Position numbers and translations under genes: made by a program. From Candidatus Heimdallarchaeota archaeon (GTDB lineage: Archaea > Asgardarchaeota > Heimdallarchaeia > JABLTI01), in assembly GCA_019056785.1 (NCBI GenBank), contig DXJV01000029.1:1-64000 (forward strand): a stretch of 64,000 bases of DNA. Reading direction: 5' to 3'. Below the pieces are notes generated by a model. The model had not been told where the DNA came from. It saw only the letters and a list, made by a program, of their open reading frames with translations, and did no database searches. Each line of letters begins with the position of its first letter. Within the stretch, counting starts at the first letter, position 1. This document shows, piece after piece, positions 1 through 10,167 of this stretch.

Positions 1-1
1 C

Positions 2-400
2 AATATCCACTATTGCTTGGATCTCTTTCAGTCGTGTCGGGCTGGCACCTTCGAGTTTCACGCCCTCTGCCTTGCCTTCTTTTACTAATCGTCCGGCATT
101 TGCAACGGTTTCTTCTATTGTTAAACCATAGCTCAAGAATGGCATGTCTGCAATAACCATACTGTAATTTTTTGCTCCCAAGGCAACTGCTCTTGTATGT
201 CTGATAGACATCTCGAGTGTTACTTCGAGTGTTGTTTCGCCCCCATAAATTACTTGCCCCATACTATCACCAACAAGCAACATCTCGATTTTTGCTTCGT
301 CAAAAATAGAAGCCAGGTTGTAATCATACGCTGTCAACATGGTGATTTTTTCGCTAGTATTTTTCATTTTCTGAATATCAAAGGCAGTTAATTTTGGCAA
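2..400 (-). CDS. panB: 3-methyl-2-oxobutanoate hydroxymethyltransferase (5' part; runs off window start)
   Basis: Manual translation from TTG at 400: ...KITMLTAYDY...LLVGDSMG...VIADMPFLSY...GVKLEGA, PanB signatures; co-oriented downstream of PPS/PoK. Confidence 0.93.
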   Translation of the reverse strand, partial: MPKLTAFDIQKMKNTSEKITMLTAYDYNLASIFDEAKIEMLLVGDSMGQVIYGGETTLEVTLEMSIRHTRAVALGAKNYSMVIADMPFLSYGLTIEETVANAGRLVKEGKAEGVKLEGASPTRLKEIQAIVDI

Positions 401-404
401 TTCT

Positions 405-1184
405 TCACCCTTCTATTAGTTTCTTCTTAGCCATTGTACTTAAACGTTGGCAGATGAATTTTACACTTTCTTGCAACATGTAATTATTATCATAATTCTC
501 AATTATAGATTTTAGCTGTTCTCGGGGCAATTTTCTCATCTTTTCAGCCATGACCACCATTTCTTGTGTAGCACGTCTAACATGATTTACAATTGTGATT
601 GATCCCCAAACTGCTGTCCGCGAGAGTGGATTTAAATCAACACAAATAACTGTCTTCCCCATCTTTCGGAGCGCCATTGTCCGGTCGCCATCTTCTAATG
701 GAACGAAGACTGTATCTGCTTTGAAGATTCCTTCGGGATCAACGATTCGTCTATTGTGGCTAATCTCAGGAAGTGTAGCGGCTCTTGTGCCCAGATCCAC
801 TCCGAGCACCTTTGTTGCGCCGGCAGTTACTAAGACATTCTTGATATTTATCTCGCGCTCCGTTGTACGGTAAAAAAGATTTACTTCCAACTTCGCATTT
901 GTTAATTCGCCCAACTGAACGAGTTCTTTTGGGCATAAAACAGCGACATTACCATTCACAGAAATGATAGGATACTCAGAAAGTAAGAGAGCTGCAACTG
1001 CGACTTCTTCTTGGAGATAAGCGTACTGCGGCGTTTCTTCTCCAAGCAGATAATCAAAGGCTTCTCCCCGGCCATGGGCAATTAAACCTGCTTCTGCAAC
1101 GATTTTTTTATGCATGCCTTCAATAATTAGATGACGTTCTTTTAACGACCAATATCTGGGATGGTTTTTTGGAATTTCAAACAT
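405..1184 (-). CDS. Archaeal phosphopantothenate synthetase (4-phosphopantoate--beta-alanine ligase)
   Basis: IPKNHPRYWSL, GLIAHGRGEAFDYLLGE, ISVNGN, VPLEDGDR, DLNPLSRTA motifs. Confidence 0.95.
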   Translation of the reverse strand: MFEIPKNHPRYWSLKERHLIIEGMHKKIVAEAGLIAHGRGEAFDYLLGEETPQYAYLQEEVAVAALLLSEYPIISVNGNVAVLCPKELVQLGELTNAKLEVNLFYRTTEREINIKNVLVTAGATKVLGVDLGTRAATLPEISHNRRIVDPEGIFKADTVFVPLEDGDRTMALRKMGKTVICVDLNPLSRTAVWGSITIVNHVRRATQEMVVMAEKMRKLPREQLKSIIENYDNNYMLQESVKFICQRLSTMAKKKLIEG

Positions 1185-1190
1185 AAAGAT

Positions 1191-2114
1191 TCACCCTTTA
1201 ACATGATTTTCTACTATTCGAGGACCTTCTTGAGCAAGCGAATCAAGCCATGTTTTTGCTTGTGGAAACTTTTTCTGAATGATCTCTTGGCACCTCTTAA
1301 GCTCTTCTTTTAGTCCCACAACAAACACAGATTGGCCTAGCATAATCATACTTCCCTTAAACCCTTCTTTTGTCACCGTGTCAAGTAACTCCCGAACCTC
1401 TTTTGACATTAGGGCGGTTTTTTCTGCAAAGTAATAGCTGGCTTTTAAAAATTCTTGCAAATTGGGAGCAGCTTTTAAACGCTCAAGTGCTTCAACGGAA
1501 TACTGATTAATTCTTTGAATCATTAAAGGATTCGTGATTATTTTTTTTGTGGACAATGGTCCAAGGGCTATAGAAAGCACCAGCTGATCCTTCGGCCAAT
1601 CGAGGAAAACAATCTTGCCAATACCTGGTGCACCTGCTTTCACGCGAAGTTCCCCTTTTCCAACCATTTGTGCCAGAACATCTCCCAACCCCGTTCGACA
1701 TTGCACTTCTGCGCGATGGGCTGCTTGCCCCAATTCTTCAGGTGACTTTTCAAGTTGGAAAAGTTCATTAAGTGCAAAAGCCATTCCAAGTGCTCCAGCA
1801 CCACTTGTACCAAACCCTGCTTGCATTGGCAATTCACTGTTATGTTCAACGCGTATAGAAAAATGCTCGAGATAAGATTGAAATTGTTTCATAACTGCTA
1901 AACTAACGCACCCTTGAATTCTCTCATTATTGAAAAAGACTGTTGCTTTTGTTCTCGGTGCTTTTTTGACGATGATCCTGGTAGTAATTAGACGATTAAT
2001 TGAAAATCCAGCCCCCAATGAACCCATTTGTAACAAATCCGTGTGTTCAACAACTCGAAAAATGCCAGTGATATGTGCCGGAATACCCCAGGTGCTACTT
2101 TCAATTGGAGCCAT
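1191..2114 (-). CDS. Pantoate kinase (GHMP family)
   Basis: PAHITGIF, GSLGAG, P-x3-GFGTSGAG GHMP loop, AHRAEV...TGLGDV; adjacent to PPS. Confidence 0.92.
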   Translation of the reverse strand: MAPIESSTWGIPAHITGIFRVVEHTDLLQMGSLGAGFSINRLITTRIIVKKAPRTKATVFFNNERIQGCVSLAVMKQFQSYLEHFSIRVEHNSELPMQAGFGTSGAGALGMAFALNELFQLEKSPEELGQAAHRAEVQCRTGLGDVLAQMVGKGELRVKAGAPGIGKIVFLDWPKDQLVLSIALGPLSTKKIITNPLMIQRINQYSVEALERLKAAPNLQEFLKASYYFAEKTALMSKEVRELLDTVTKEGFKGSMIMLGQSVFVVGLKEELKRCQEIIQKKFPQAKTWLDSLAQEGPRIVENHVKG

Positions 2115-2324
2115 AACAAATCTTCCAATTTTGCTAGATGGCTATTTTCTTTTTAGAAATTATCGCTAATTCTTTTTTATGCTTTAATGAAATGGGTTAT
2201 TATTCTCATGTTTTATGCAAGTGGGTTTTTTTGAAAAAAGCTACACTTTTAGCTATTTTTTAATCAAAGAGACATCCAAGAACTTAATTTCGGTCTTTAA
2301 TAAACGAAAAGCAAGGTTATATGA

Positions 2325-4142
2325 ATGTCTAAAAAAGCAAGCAGCCCTGCCAAAACCAAGACACGGATACCAATTATCAATTTTGACCGGTGCCAGCCTG
2401 CGACTTGTGGGCATGCTTGCATTAAATATTGCCCATTAAATAAAAAAGGGGGAAAAGTAGTTTATCCGGATAAAGTAACAAAGAAAGCACGGATAAATAG
2501 CAAAAAATGCATTGCTTGCGGGATTTGTGTGAATCGCTGTCCAACCCATGCAATAACTATGGTTGGCCTTCCAATTGAGTCATCTGAACAACCGATTCAT
2601 CAATATGGTGAGAACTCGTTTCGCCTTTATGGACTCCCGTTCGTTGTGAAAGGCAAGGTTGTGGGGTTAATTGGAGCCAATGGTATTGGAAAAACAACGG
2701 TGTTAAACATTCTCGCCGGGAAACTCATTCCCAATGGCGGTTTTTATGATAAAAAAGATTTAACGCTTGAGTTTGCTCTCTCCAAAATCAATCTCTCTGT
2801 CCATAAAGCCTATTTCCGATCTTTGCTTCAAAAACGAATTAAAATCTCATTCAAGGAGCAGGTTCTGACAAAATTCGCTCAAGCAGATGTTTTGGTGAAA
2901 GAATTATTACAACAAAAAGACGAACTTGGGAATGTTAATACTCTCATAGAAGATCTGTCTTTACAAAACATTCTGAATAAGAACATTAATCAGCTTTCTG
3001 GTGGCGAACGCCAAAGAGTAGCTATTGCTCTTGCACTCAATAAGGAAGCAGATGTTTATCTCATTGATGAACCAGGCAATTTTTTAGACATCAAACAACG
3101 GCTGAATCTCACACGACTCTTTCATAAACTGGCAGAAAACAACAAAGCTGTTCTTGTTGTCGAACATGATATTGCCATTCTAGACTATTTAAGCGACCAA
3201 ATCCAAGCGCTCTGGGGAACGCCAAACGCTTTTGGAGTTGTTTCCGGTGTGAAGAGTGTGAAAAATGGCATCAATGCTTATTTAACTGGACACCTTAAAG
3301 AAGAGAATATCACCTTCCGAACAAAAGGAATTACTTTCCTTCGAGTAGTAAAGGAGCGGAAATGGACCACAACGCCGGTTTATGTTCGATTTACCACCCT
3401 TTGGAAGAAGTTTGATAAATTTAAATTGAAAGTCTCCCCAGGTGAAGTGCATAAGGGCGAAACTTTAGTTATTCTCGGAGAAAACGGCATTGGTAAGACC
3501 ACTTTTGTGAAGATGTTAGCAGGAATATTAAAGCCAGACCGAGGATCAGCGGATGTCCGTGCAACCATTTCTTATAAACCGCAATTTATCACACGAAGCT
3601 TTACTGGCACTGTTCAGGAATTCATCACCAATTACTCTAAACGATTCACAGGAGAGCAAGTTCTCAAACAGACATTTTATCAACCACTTGGTATTGAGCA
3701 TTTGTTTGACAAAGAACTTCCTTCTCTTAGTGGCGGTGAGCTGCAACGTGTCTTTGTTGCTGCTTGTCTTTCAAAAAGGGCTGATTTATATTTGATTGAT
3801 GAGCCCGCTGCATTTCTCGATGTAGAAGAACGGATTAAGATTGCAAGGATTATTAGAAATGCTGCGAGTATTTACAATGCCAGTGTTATTGCTATCGAAC
3901 ATGATTTACAGTTGGCAGATATTTTAGGTGATAGAGTGATGTTATTTATGGGGGAACCAGGGGTCAAAGGTTTCACACTTGGCCCCATGGGAAAGCAGGA
4001 AGGCATGAATCAATTCTTGAAGGAGTTGGATATTACCTTCCGGAGAGACACTGAAACAGGAAGAGCAAGAATCAATAAAAAAGACAGCAAGTTAGATAGA
4101 GAGCAACGTGAGAGTGGTGAATTCTTCTTTGAAAAAAACTAA
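2325..4142 (+). CDS. rli: ABCE1/RLI ribosome recycling ATPase
   Basis: N-terminal 2x[4Fe-4S] Cys motifs, two NBDs (GANGIGKT, GENGIGKT; LSGGE), C-terminal ITFRRD..TGR.RINK..S.LDREQR. Confidence 0.96.
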   Translation: MSKKASSPAKTKTRIPIINFDRCQPATCGHACIKYCPLNKKGGKVVYPDKVTKKARINSKKCIACGICVNRCPTHAITMVGLPIESSEQPIHQYGENSFRLYGLPFVVKGKVVGLIGANGIGKTTVLNILAGKLIPNGGFYDKKDLTLEFALSKINLSVHKAYFRSLLQKRIKISFKEQVLTKFAQADVLVKELLQQKDELGNVNTLIEDLSLQNILNKNINQLSGGERQRVAIALALNKEADVYLIDEPGNFLDIKQRLNLTRLFHKLAENNKAVLVVEHDIAILDYLSDQIQALWGTPNAFGVVSGVKSVKNGINAYLTGHLKEENITFRTKGITFLRVVKERKWTTTPVYVRFTTLWKKFDKFKLKVSPGEVHKGETLVILGENGIGKTTFVKMLAGILKPDRGSADVRATISYKPQFITRSFTGTVQEFITNYSKRFTGEQVLKQTFYQPLGIEHLFDKELPSLSGGELQRVFVAACLSKRADLYLIDEPAAFLDVEERIKIARIIRNAASIYNASVIAIEHDLQLADILGDRVMLFMGEPGVKGFTLGPMGKQEGMNQFLKELDITFRRDTETGRARINKKDSKLDREQRESGEFFFEKN

Positions 4143-4232
4143 AGAATTGGCAAGCCATTTTACGTCTTCTTACCAATTAAACGATAATTTTAATAAAGAA
4201 GAATTGGAAAAAAAACACGAGGCTCTAAGACA

Positions 4233-4346
4233 GTGAAAAAAAGATATTTACCCTATAGCTAGGGTACAAACATAGTTTTTCTTTCTCTGTTTGTACCCAC
4301 CTCAATCGGTCTAGTTGCCTCCAGTTTTATGGCAAGTTAGAACTGG
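4233..4346 (+). promoter_or_regulatory. Structured 5' leader of tyrS with a Tyr-containing uORF (MKKRYLPYS*, 4233-4262) and alternative hairpins
   Basis: Stems 4249-4255/4260-4266 and 4262-4272/4288-4298 share GGGTA; third stem 4321-4329/4338-4346. Confidence 0.4.
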
Positions 4347-4369
4347 CATCGTAGGAGAAAATTAGAAAA

Positions 4370-5464
4370 ATGAAAATTGAAGAACGCATCCGGCTGATCA
4401 CCCGCAACGCTGAAGAAGTGATTAAAAAGGAAGAGCTTACAGCCCTCTTTCAGCGGAAAAAGAAGCCCAATTCGTACATCGGTTTTGAGCTAAGCGGAAA
4501 GTTACACATAGGTAATGGCTTACTTTGCGCCATGAAAATGCAAGACCTGGTAAAAGCAGGTGTAAATTTGACCATTTTTCTTGCAGATTGGCACAGTTGG
4601 ATTAATAACAAATTAGATGGCGACCTCGAAAAGATCAAACTTGCCGGGGAATATTTCAAAAGTGGTTATAAAGCTCTTGGGTTGACAGAAGACAAAGTCA
4701 CTTACCGTTGGTCCAGTGAACTTGTGAGTGACCCTGATTATTGGGCAACGGTCATTCGTGTTGCAAAACACACTTCCCTTAATCGGGTACTTCGCGCTCT
4801 CCCCATTATGGGACGCTCAATGGATACCAAGGATATGGAAAGCGCCTGGATATATTACCCAGCTATGCAGGCGGCAGACATCTTTTATATGGATATAGAT
4901 ATCGCTTATGGAGGTATGGACCAGAGAAAAGCTCACATGATTACACGTGACTGTGCTAAAAATCTTGGAAAACCAAAGCCCATTGCCCTTCATACTCCCT
5001 TGATTACCGGCCTTACAGGTGCGGGTTCAAAAATGGATGCTGAAGCTGACCCTGACATGGTGAAAATAGAGGCGAAAATGAGCAAGTCTAAACCGGAAAC
5101 ATGTATCTTCATCCATGACACTGAAGAAGAGCTTAAGAAAAAAATGAAAACGGCTTATTGTCCGGCTAAAATTATAGAGGGAAATCCAATAATCGAAATT
5201 TGCAAATATATTATCTTTGGCCGTGATAAAGCAACACTTGAGATCCCCCGTCCTAAAAAATTCGGTGGTACCATTGAATATTTCTCTTATGCGGACCTTG
5301 AAAAAGATTTTGTCACAGGAAAACTTCACCCTCTTGACTTGAAAAATGCAGTCGCAGTCGAACTTGGAAAAATCCTTGCTCCTGTCCACCGTTACTTTGA
5401 TAAACATCCAGAAACCCTCGAGGCTATTGAAGAGATGCTCGGCGAAACTAAAAAAAGAAGATAG
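4370..5464 (+). CDS. tyrS: Tyrosyl-tRNA synthetase, archaeal type
   Basis: YIGFELSGKLHIG (HIGH-like), YPAMQAADI, GGMDQRKAH, KMSKS, LHPLDLKNAV. Confidence 0.96.
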   Translation: MKIEERIRLITRNAEEVIKKEELTALFQRKKKPNSYIGFELSGKLHIGNGLLCAMKMQDLVKAGVNLTIFLADWHSWINNKLDGDLEKIKLAGEYFKSGYKALGLTEDKVTYRWSSELVSDPDYWATVIRVAKHTSLNRVLRALPIMGRSMDTKDMESAWIYYPAMQAADIFYMDIDIAYGGMDQRKAHMITRDCAKNLGKPKPIALHTPLITGLTGAGSKMDAEADPDMVKIEAKMSKSKPETCIFIHDTEEELKKKMKTAYCPAKIIEGNPIIEICKYIIFGRDKATLEIPRPKKFGGTIEYFSYADLEKDFVTGKLHPLDLKNAVAVELGKILAPVHRYFDKHPETLEAIEEMLGETKKRR

Positions 5465-5473
5465 GAAAAGTTC

Positions 5474-5496
5474 TGGGGAAAAATCCCCACTTTTTT
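5474..5496 (+). terminator. Hairpin plus T-tract downstream of tyrS
   Basis: TGGGGA-AAAA-TCCCCA followed by CTTTTTT, about 10 nt after the tyrS stop. Confidence 0.5.
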
Positions 5497-5507
5497 AAAT
5501 TATAACA

Positions 5508-5879
5508 TTAAATTCTGCCAGCAGTCGTTCTTGTTTCTTGTCGATATGGACATCTTTTGGCGGATGATGCTTTTCGGCATGTTTTTTCTTTTCCGACAAA
5601 TTTTATCCCTTTGTCTTCGAGTCCTTGAACGGCTTTAGAAAGAACATCAACAAGAAATGAGATCATAATTGGTTATTGCTCTACTTCAGATACCGCTGTA
5701 GCAACAAAGTCAAGCGCAAAGCGTGTTTGTTTGTTATGCTGGGTAAAAACACACTCATGCCAAAAGCTATCTTTAGGGAAATTCTTAAATGGAACACCTA
5801 AAATCTTGCTGTACCACTTGAGCATTTTGTTAGGATTTTTTACGTGGATGAAAACGACATCAATTCCTTGGGCATTCAT
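5508..5879 (-). pseudogene. VOC/glyoxalase-family gene interrupted by an in-frame TAA
   Basis: IDVVFIHVKN...WYSKILG N-terminal VOC motif; after TAA (5673-5675) the same frame continues PIMISFLVD.L..AV..LE.KGIKF, the second VOC half; canonical DPxGN end not seen. Confidence 0.65.
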
Positions 5880-5986
5880 AATAATTCTTCCCGGATATTT
5901 GCTTTAAAGTTCATTGTCAAGTTTCAACCGACATAAAATGGCGCAGCTTTTCATCACAAAGATTAAAAAGCTGTAAAAGGAGATTT

Positions 5987-7594
5987 GTGAGAATAAAAAT
6001 GTTTGAATTTCGTGGTTCACATCGATCCATGATTGTAGCCAAAAATGGCATGGTTGCCTCCAGCCAGCCATTAGCGGTTCAAGCTGGGATTGATATTTTG
6101 AAAAAGGGTGGTAATGCTATTGATGCTGCTATAGCAGTTGCTGCTACGCTTAATGTTGTTGAACCAATGAGCACCGGCATTGGTGGGGATGCTTTTGCCT
6201 TGATTTTTAGCCAAAAAGATGACAAGCTCCATGCAATAAACGCCAGTGGTTGGTCCTCTGAAAATGCATCAATCGACTTTTTTAAGGAGCAAGGATTCGA
6301 GAAGATTCCTCTTTTTGGCATTCATTCCATTAGTGTTCCTGGAGCGGTGAGTGGGTACGAAAAATGCTTGCAAGAATTTGGAACGATGTCTTTAAAGGAA
6401 GTCCTTAAACCTGCTATTTATTATGCAGAAAAAGGTTTTCCGGTAAGTGAATTGATCAGTTTTTCCTGGCATCGCGCTGAAGAGAAATTGCGCAGTCATC
6501 CAGCCACAGCGAAAACATACTTGCCACTTGGTCATGCACCAAACATCGGCGACATCCATTATTCCAAGGATTTAGCTAAAACTTTCAAATTAATTGCAAA
6601 AGGAGGAGCAGAAGAATTCTATAAAGGGACCATTGCAAAGAAAATTGTCAAATTTTTAAATGATAATGGGGGGAATTTCACTCTCGATGATTTTGCAGCG
6701 TATGAAGCTGAATGGGTTGAACCTATTTCTTCGAAATATAAGGACTATGAGGTGTTCCAGTGTCCTCCAAATGGGCAAGGAATCGCCACACTTCTCGAGT
6801 TAAACATTTTAAAATGGTTTGAATTGGATTCCTTGCAACACAATTCTGCTGCTTATCTTCATCTCCTTATTGAAGCAAAAAAACTTGCATGGGCAGACCT
6901 CAGAGCATTTGCAGCTGACCCGCGATTTAATCCTTTACCTCTGGCGGAGTTATTGTCAGAAGAGTATTCAATCAAACAACAAAATCGCATTGATTTAAAC
7001 AAAGCCGCAACAAATGTTGCTCCCGGTCTTGATTGGTCCTCTGGTGATACCGTCTATCTTAGTGTTGTCGACAAAGAACGGAATGTCGTCTCATTTATTA
7101 ATAGCTTATATTATAGCTTTGGTTCAGGATTAGTTGCCGAAGGAACCGGCATTTGTTTACAAAATCGAGGAAATTTATTCTCACTTGACAAGAAGCATTT
7201 GAATGCCCTTGCACCACGGAAACGGCCCTTTCATACGATTATTCCTTCAATGGTTATGCAAAACAATTTACCGATCCTAAACTTTGGAGTTATGGGTGGT
7301 GATATGCAACCTCAAGGGCAAATGCAAGTTTTTCTAAACCTCATCGAATTTGGTTTGAATGTCCAACAAGCAATTGAAGCTCCACGTGTAAGACATTATG
7401 ATGATAACACCGTTGCGTTAGAGCAAGGGATTACTGCCCAGACTCGTGTAGGGTTGCTTTTGAAAGGACACAAAATTCGAAATGATATCGGTGAATTCTT
7501 TGGTGGCGCACAAGCAATTGCCATAGATAATGAACGGGATGTTCTCTTTGGTGGGTCGGACCCACGACGCGATGGCTGTGCCATGGGCTATTAG
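5987..7594 (+). CDS. ggt: Gamma-glutamyltransferase
   Basis: GGNAIDAA, EPMSTGIGGD, VPGAV, GDTVYLSVVD (nucleophile Thr), LQNRG, RPFHTIIP, GVMGG, SDPRRDG. Confidence 0.95.
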   Translation: MRIKMFEFRGSHRSMIVAKNGMVASSQPLAVQAGIDILKKGGNAIDAAIAVAATLNVVEPMSTGIGGDAFALIFSQKDDKLHAINASGWSSENASIDFFKEQGFEKIPLFGIHSISVPGAVSGYEKCLQEFGTMSLKEVLKPAIYYAEKGFPVSELISFSWHRAEEKLRSHPATAKTYLPLGHAPNIGDIHYSKDLAKTFKLIAKGGAEEFYKGTIAKKIVKFLNDNGGNFTLDDFAAYEAEWVEPISSKYKDYEVFQCPPNGQGIATLLELNILKWFELDSLQHNSAAYLHLLIEAKKLAWADLRAFAADPRFNPLPLAELLSEEYSIKQQNRIDLNKAATNVAPGLDWSSGDTVYLSVVDKERNVVSFINSLYYSFGSGLVAEGTGICLQNRGNLFSLDKKHLNALAPRKRPFHTIIPSMVMQNNLPILNFGVMGGDMQPQGQMQVFLNLIEFGLNVQQAIEAPRVRHYDDNTVALEQGITAQTRVGLLLKGHKIRNDIGEFFGGAQAIAIDNERDVLFGGSDPRRDGCAMGY

Positions 7595-7658
7595 ACAATT
7601 AATAGCCCCCCTCGATTCTATCACTTGAGCAGAAGAACACCAAATTCTCTCCAGGAAA

Positions 7659-8582
7659 TTATTCTTCACTTCTTACAGGATTCTCGAGTGTCCCAATACC
7701 TTCAATGGTTAATGTTACAATATCTCCTTCCTTTAGATATACAGGTGGTTTTTGATAATGCCCTACACCTGATGGGGTGCCGGTAAAAATTAAATCACCC
7801 GGTTGGAAAGTAAATGAGTGGGAGAGATAGGAAACAATGTAAGGAATGCTAAAGATCATCTTACTTGTGTTCGATTTTTGCCAAGTCTTTCCATTCACCT
7901 GTAATTCAATGTTCAGGTTTTGGGGGGCGGGTATTTCCTCTTTGGTGACAATCCAAGGTCCTAGGGGACAAAAGGTATCCATTGTTTTTGCTCGAGTGAA
8001 TTGTTTGTCGATGTATTGATAGTCTCGTGCTGAAACATCGTTTCCAATTGTGAACCCTGCAATGTACTCAAATGCTTTTTCCTCCGGGATGTGCTTTCCT
8101 TCTTTTCCTATAACAATTACTAACTCTATTTCCACATCCACTTTCTTAGAAATCTTAGGGAGAATGATTGCCTCTTTATGACCAATAATTGCTGAACTAA
8201 ATTTCCCCCAAATCATTGGAGTTTTTGGTACTTCTGCGCCACCTTCCTTTGCATGTTCGGCATAATTCCTTCCCAAACAAATGATTTTTTGTGGATCATA
8301 CAATGGAGCTTTTATTTGTACTTCCTCTACCTCATAGAGAGCGCCTTTGGTTGCTTTTTCAAAATCAAGAAAAGCAGTTGCCTTCATTTTGAGTAATCTT
8401 TCCCGAAGCCGCATTAATTCTTCTAACACTATTGGCTCGAGTAAAGCTTTCATAGTTATTTTTTCCGGTAGCAAGGATTTTGGTAATAGGGCTCTACAAG
8501 CAGCTATATCTACAATTTGTTTATCCAATAAAAAACCAACTTGTGGTTCATTTTCCTTTAAGGCAAAAGTCAGTAATTTCAT
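7659..8582 (-). CDS. Fumarylacetoacetate hydrolase family protein
   Basis: KIICLGRNYAEHA, VDVEIEL, GNDVSARD, AKTMDTFCPLGP, GDLIFTGTPSGVG. Confidence 0.93.
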   Translation of the reverse strand: MKLLTFALKENEPQVGFLLDKQIVDIAACRALLPKSLLPEKITMKALLEPIVLEELMRLRERLLKMKATAFLDFEKATKGALYEVEEVQIKAPLYDPQKIICLGRNYAEHAKEGGAEVPKTPMIWGKFSSAIIGHKEAIILPKISKKVDVEIELVIVIGKEGKHIPEEKAFEYIAGFTIGNDVSARDYQYIDKQFTRAKTMDTFCPLGPWIVTKEEIPAPQNLNIELQVNGKTWQKSNTSKMIFSIPYIVSYLSHSFTFQPGDLIFTGTPSGVGHYQKPPVYLKEGDIVTLTIEGIGTLENPVRSEE

Positions 8583-8692
8583 TTCTTTCCACTTTTTTAT
8601 GTTTTTTTTATTCTTTTGTGTGGGTAATGGTAAAAAGAAGGGCTACTAATAAGATTATTGAAATTTGATGATTTTAACAAAAGCTTTTTGTA

Positions 8693-9907
8693 GTGGCATT
8701 CCTTGAACTTAACTGTTCTAGCAGTTATTTGAGTGAGGACAATTTGACGAATCTAAATAATGCTGAAAGACTTAATTCTATCGCACCATCAGGTATTCGA
8801 AAAATGTTTGCCCGTGCACAGGGAATTCCCGGTGTAATTTCTTTGGGGATAGGGCAACCCAATATTCCCACCCCTGAAGGGTTGGTGAAGCTAGTTACCC
8901 AACGAATTCAAAAAGGTGATAATTATTATTCACCAACAATGGGCACAGCAACTTTTCGAGAGGCTGTTGCCGAGCAAAATAAACGATGGTATAACCTTGA
9001 GTATGACGCTCAATCTGAAATCCTTGCTACAGCTAGTGGATGTGAAGCGCTTTATTGTGCATTGATGTCTTTTATCAATCCTGGGGATGAGGTGTTAATT
9101 CCTGATCCTTCCTTTCTAACGTACCCCCGACAAGTTATGCTTGCAGGCGGAAAACCAATCTGGCTCAAGCCGACCGAAGAATTGAAAATCAACACTTCAA
9201 TACTTGATGAATATTTAACCGATCGAACAAAGGCAATTATTTTAAATTTCCCTTCAAATCCTACAGGCGAAATAATGACGCGTTCCGAGCTAAAACCGCT
9301 CATCGATTTTGCGGTAGACAATGATTTACTCATTATTTCTGATGAAGTATATGAACGTTGCATCTTTACAAATGACAATCATGTTCGAGTACCCACAATC
9401 GGTGATGCATATGAACGCACTTTATTACTTAATAGCTATTCTAAAACGTATTGTATTCCTGGGTGGCGCATTGGTTATGCTGCCGGACCAAAAGAGCTTA
9501 TTGCTCCTATGGTAAAAATGCATAGCTTTATTGTTGCAAACGCCCCCTCTGCTCAACAAAATGCCCTTGGTGAATTTATTAACACTCCCGAAGCAGATGC
9601 GTTTACTGTCAATCTACGAAATATTCTCAAAGAGCGAATGGAAAAACTTGTAAAAGGATTTAATTCGATCGATGGGTTCTCCTGTCGTGTACCTGAAGGA
9701 ACTTTTTATACTTTTCCCAAAGTTTCCACACATGAACAGTTTACAAACTCAGTGGATTTTGCAGAGAAAATATTCACAGAACAAAAGGTTGTTCTTGTTG
9801 CTGGAACAGAATTTGGCCCTGCTGGTGAAGGCTATCTCCGAGCAAGCTTTGGTTCAACATCTTTGAAGGAAATCGATGAAGTCATCTCACGTTTAAAAGA
9901 AATATGA
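8693..9907 (+). CDS. PLP-dependent aminotransferase class I/II (true start possibly slightly downstream)
   Basis: ISLGIGQP, NFPSNPTG, ISDEVY, SYSKTYCIPGWRIGY, GYLRASF. Confidence 0.92.
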   Translation: MAFLELNCSSSYLSEDNLTNLNNAERLNSIAPSGIRKMFARAQGIPGVISLGIGQPNIPTPEGLVKLVTQRIQKGDNYYSPTMGTATFREAVAEQNKRWYNLEYDAQSEILATASGCEALYCALMSFINPGDEVLIPDPSFLTYPRQVMLAGGKPIWLKPTEELKINTSILDEYLTDRTKAIILNFPSNPTGEIMTRSELKPLIDFAVDNDLLIISDEVYERCIFTNDNHVRVPTIGDAYERTLLLNSYSKTYCIPGWRIGYAAGPKELIAPMVKMHSFIVANAPSAQQNALGEFINTPEADAFTVNLRNILKERMEKLVKGFNSIDGFSCRVPEGTFYTFPKVSTHEQFTNSVDFAEKIFTEQKVVLVAGTEFGPAGEGYLRASFGSTSLKEIDEVISRLKEI

Positions 9908-9957
9908 TAAAAAAAAAGGAAGAATAGTTTTATGGTTTTAATTGTTTTCCCTTACTA

Positions 9958-10143
9958 CTACGGGCCAGCAAAACCACAAGCAGGACAAGTGTAAGGTATT
10001 TCTTTTTGACGACAGAAAGAACAACGCACTATTACTACATCGCCACAATTTGGGCATCTAAATTTCACAGAGCCAATGTCGTCTGGAGAGATTTTTCGAC
10101 TGCAACAGGAACAAGAAGGCAATGCATAGTTTTTATCACTCAT
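9958..10143 (-). CDS. Small archaeal Zn-ribbon protein (DUF1610/COG2888, HVO_2753-like)
   Basis: CSCC...F.CPNCG...I.RC..CR.....Y.CP.CGF.GP pattern. Confidence 0.9.
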   Translation of the reverse strand: MSDKNYALPSCSCCSRKISPDDIGSVKFRCPNCGDVVIVRCSFCRQKEIPYTCPACGFAGP

Positions 10144-10167
10144 ATGTTTCTTCTCCTATCAAGTTTC

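Noticed and set aside
197-391. 64-aa + strand ORF
   Set aside because: Antisense shadow of panB, which is clearly encoded on the - strand
4200-4369. T-box riboswitch upstream of tyrS
   Set aside because: No T-box consensus (AGGGTGGNACCGCG) or stem I motifs; kept only as a leader-peptide hypothesis
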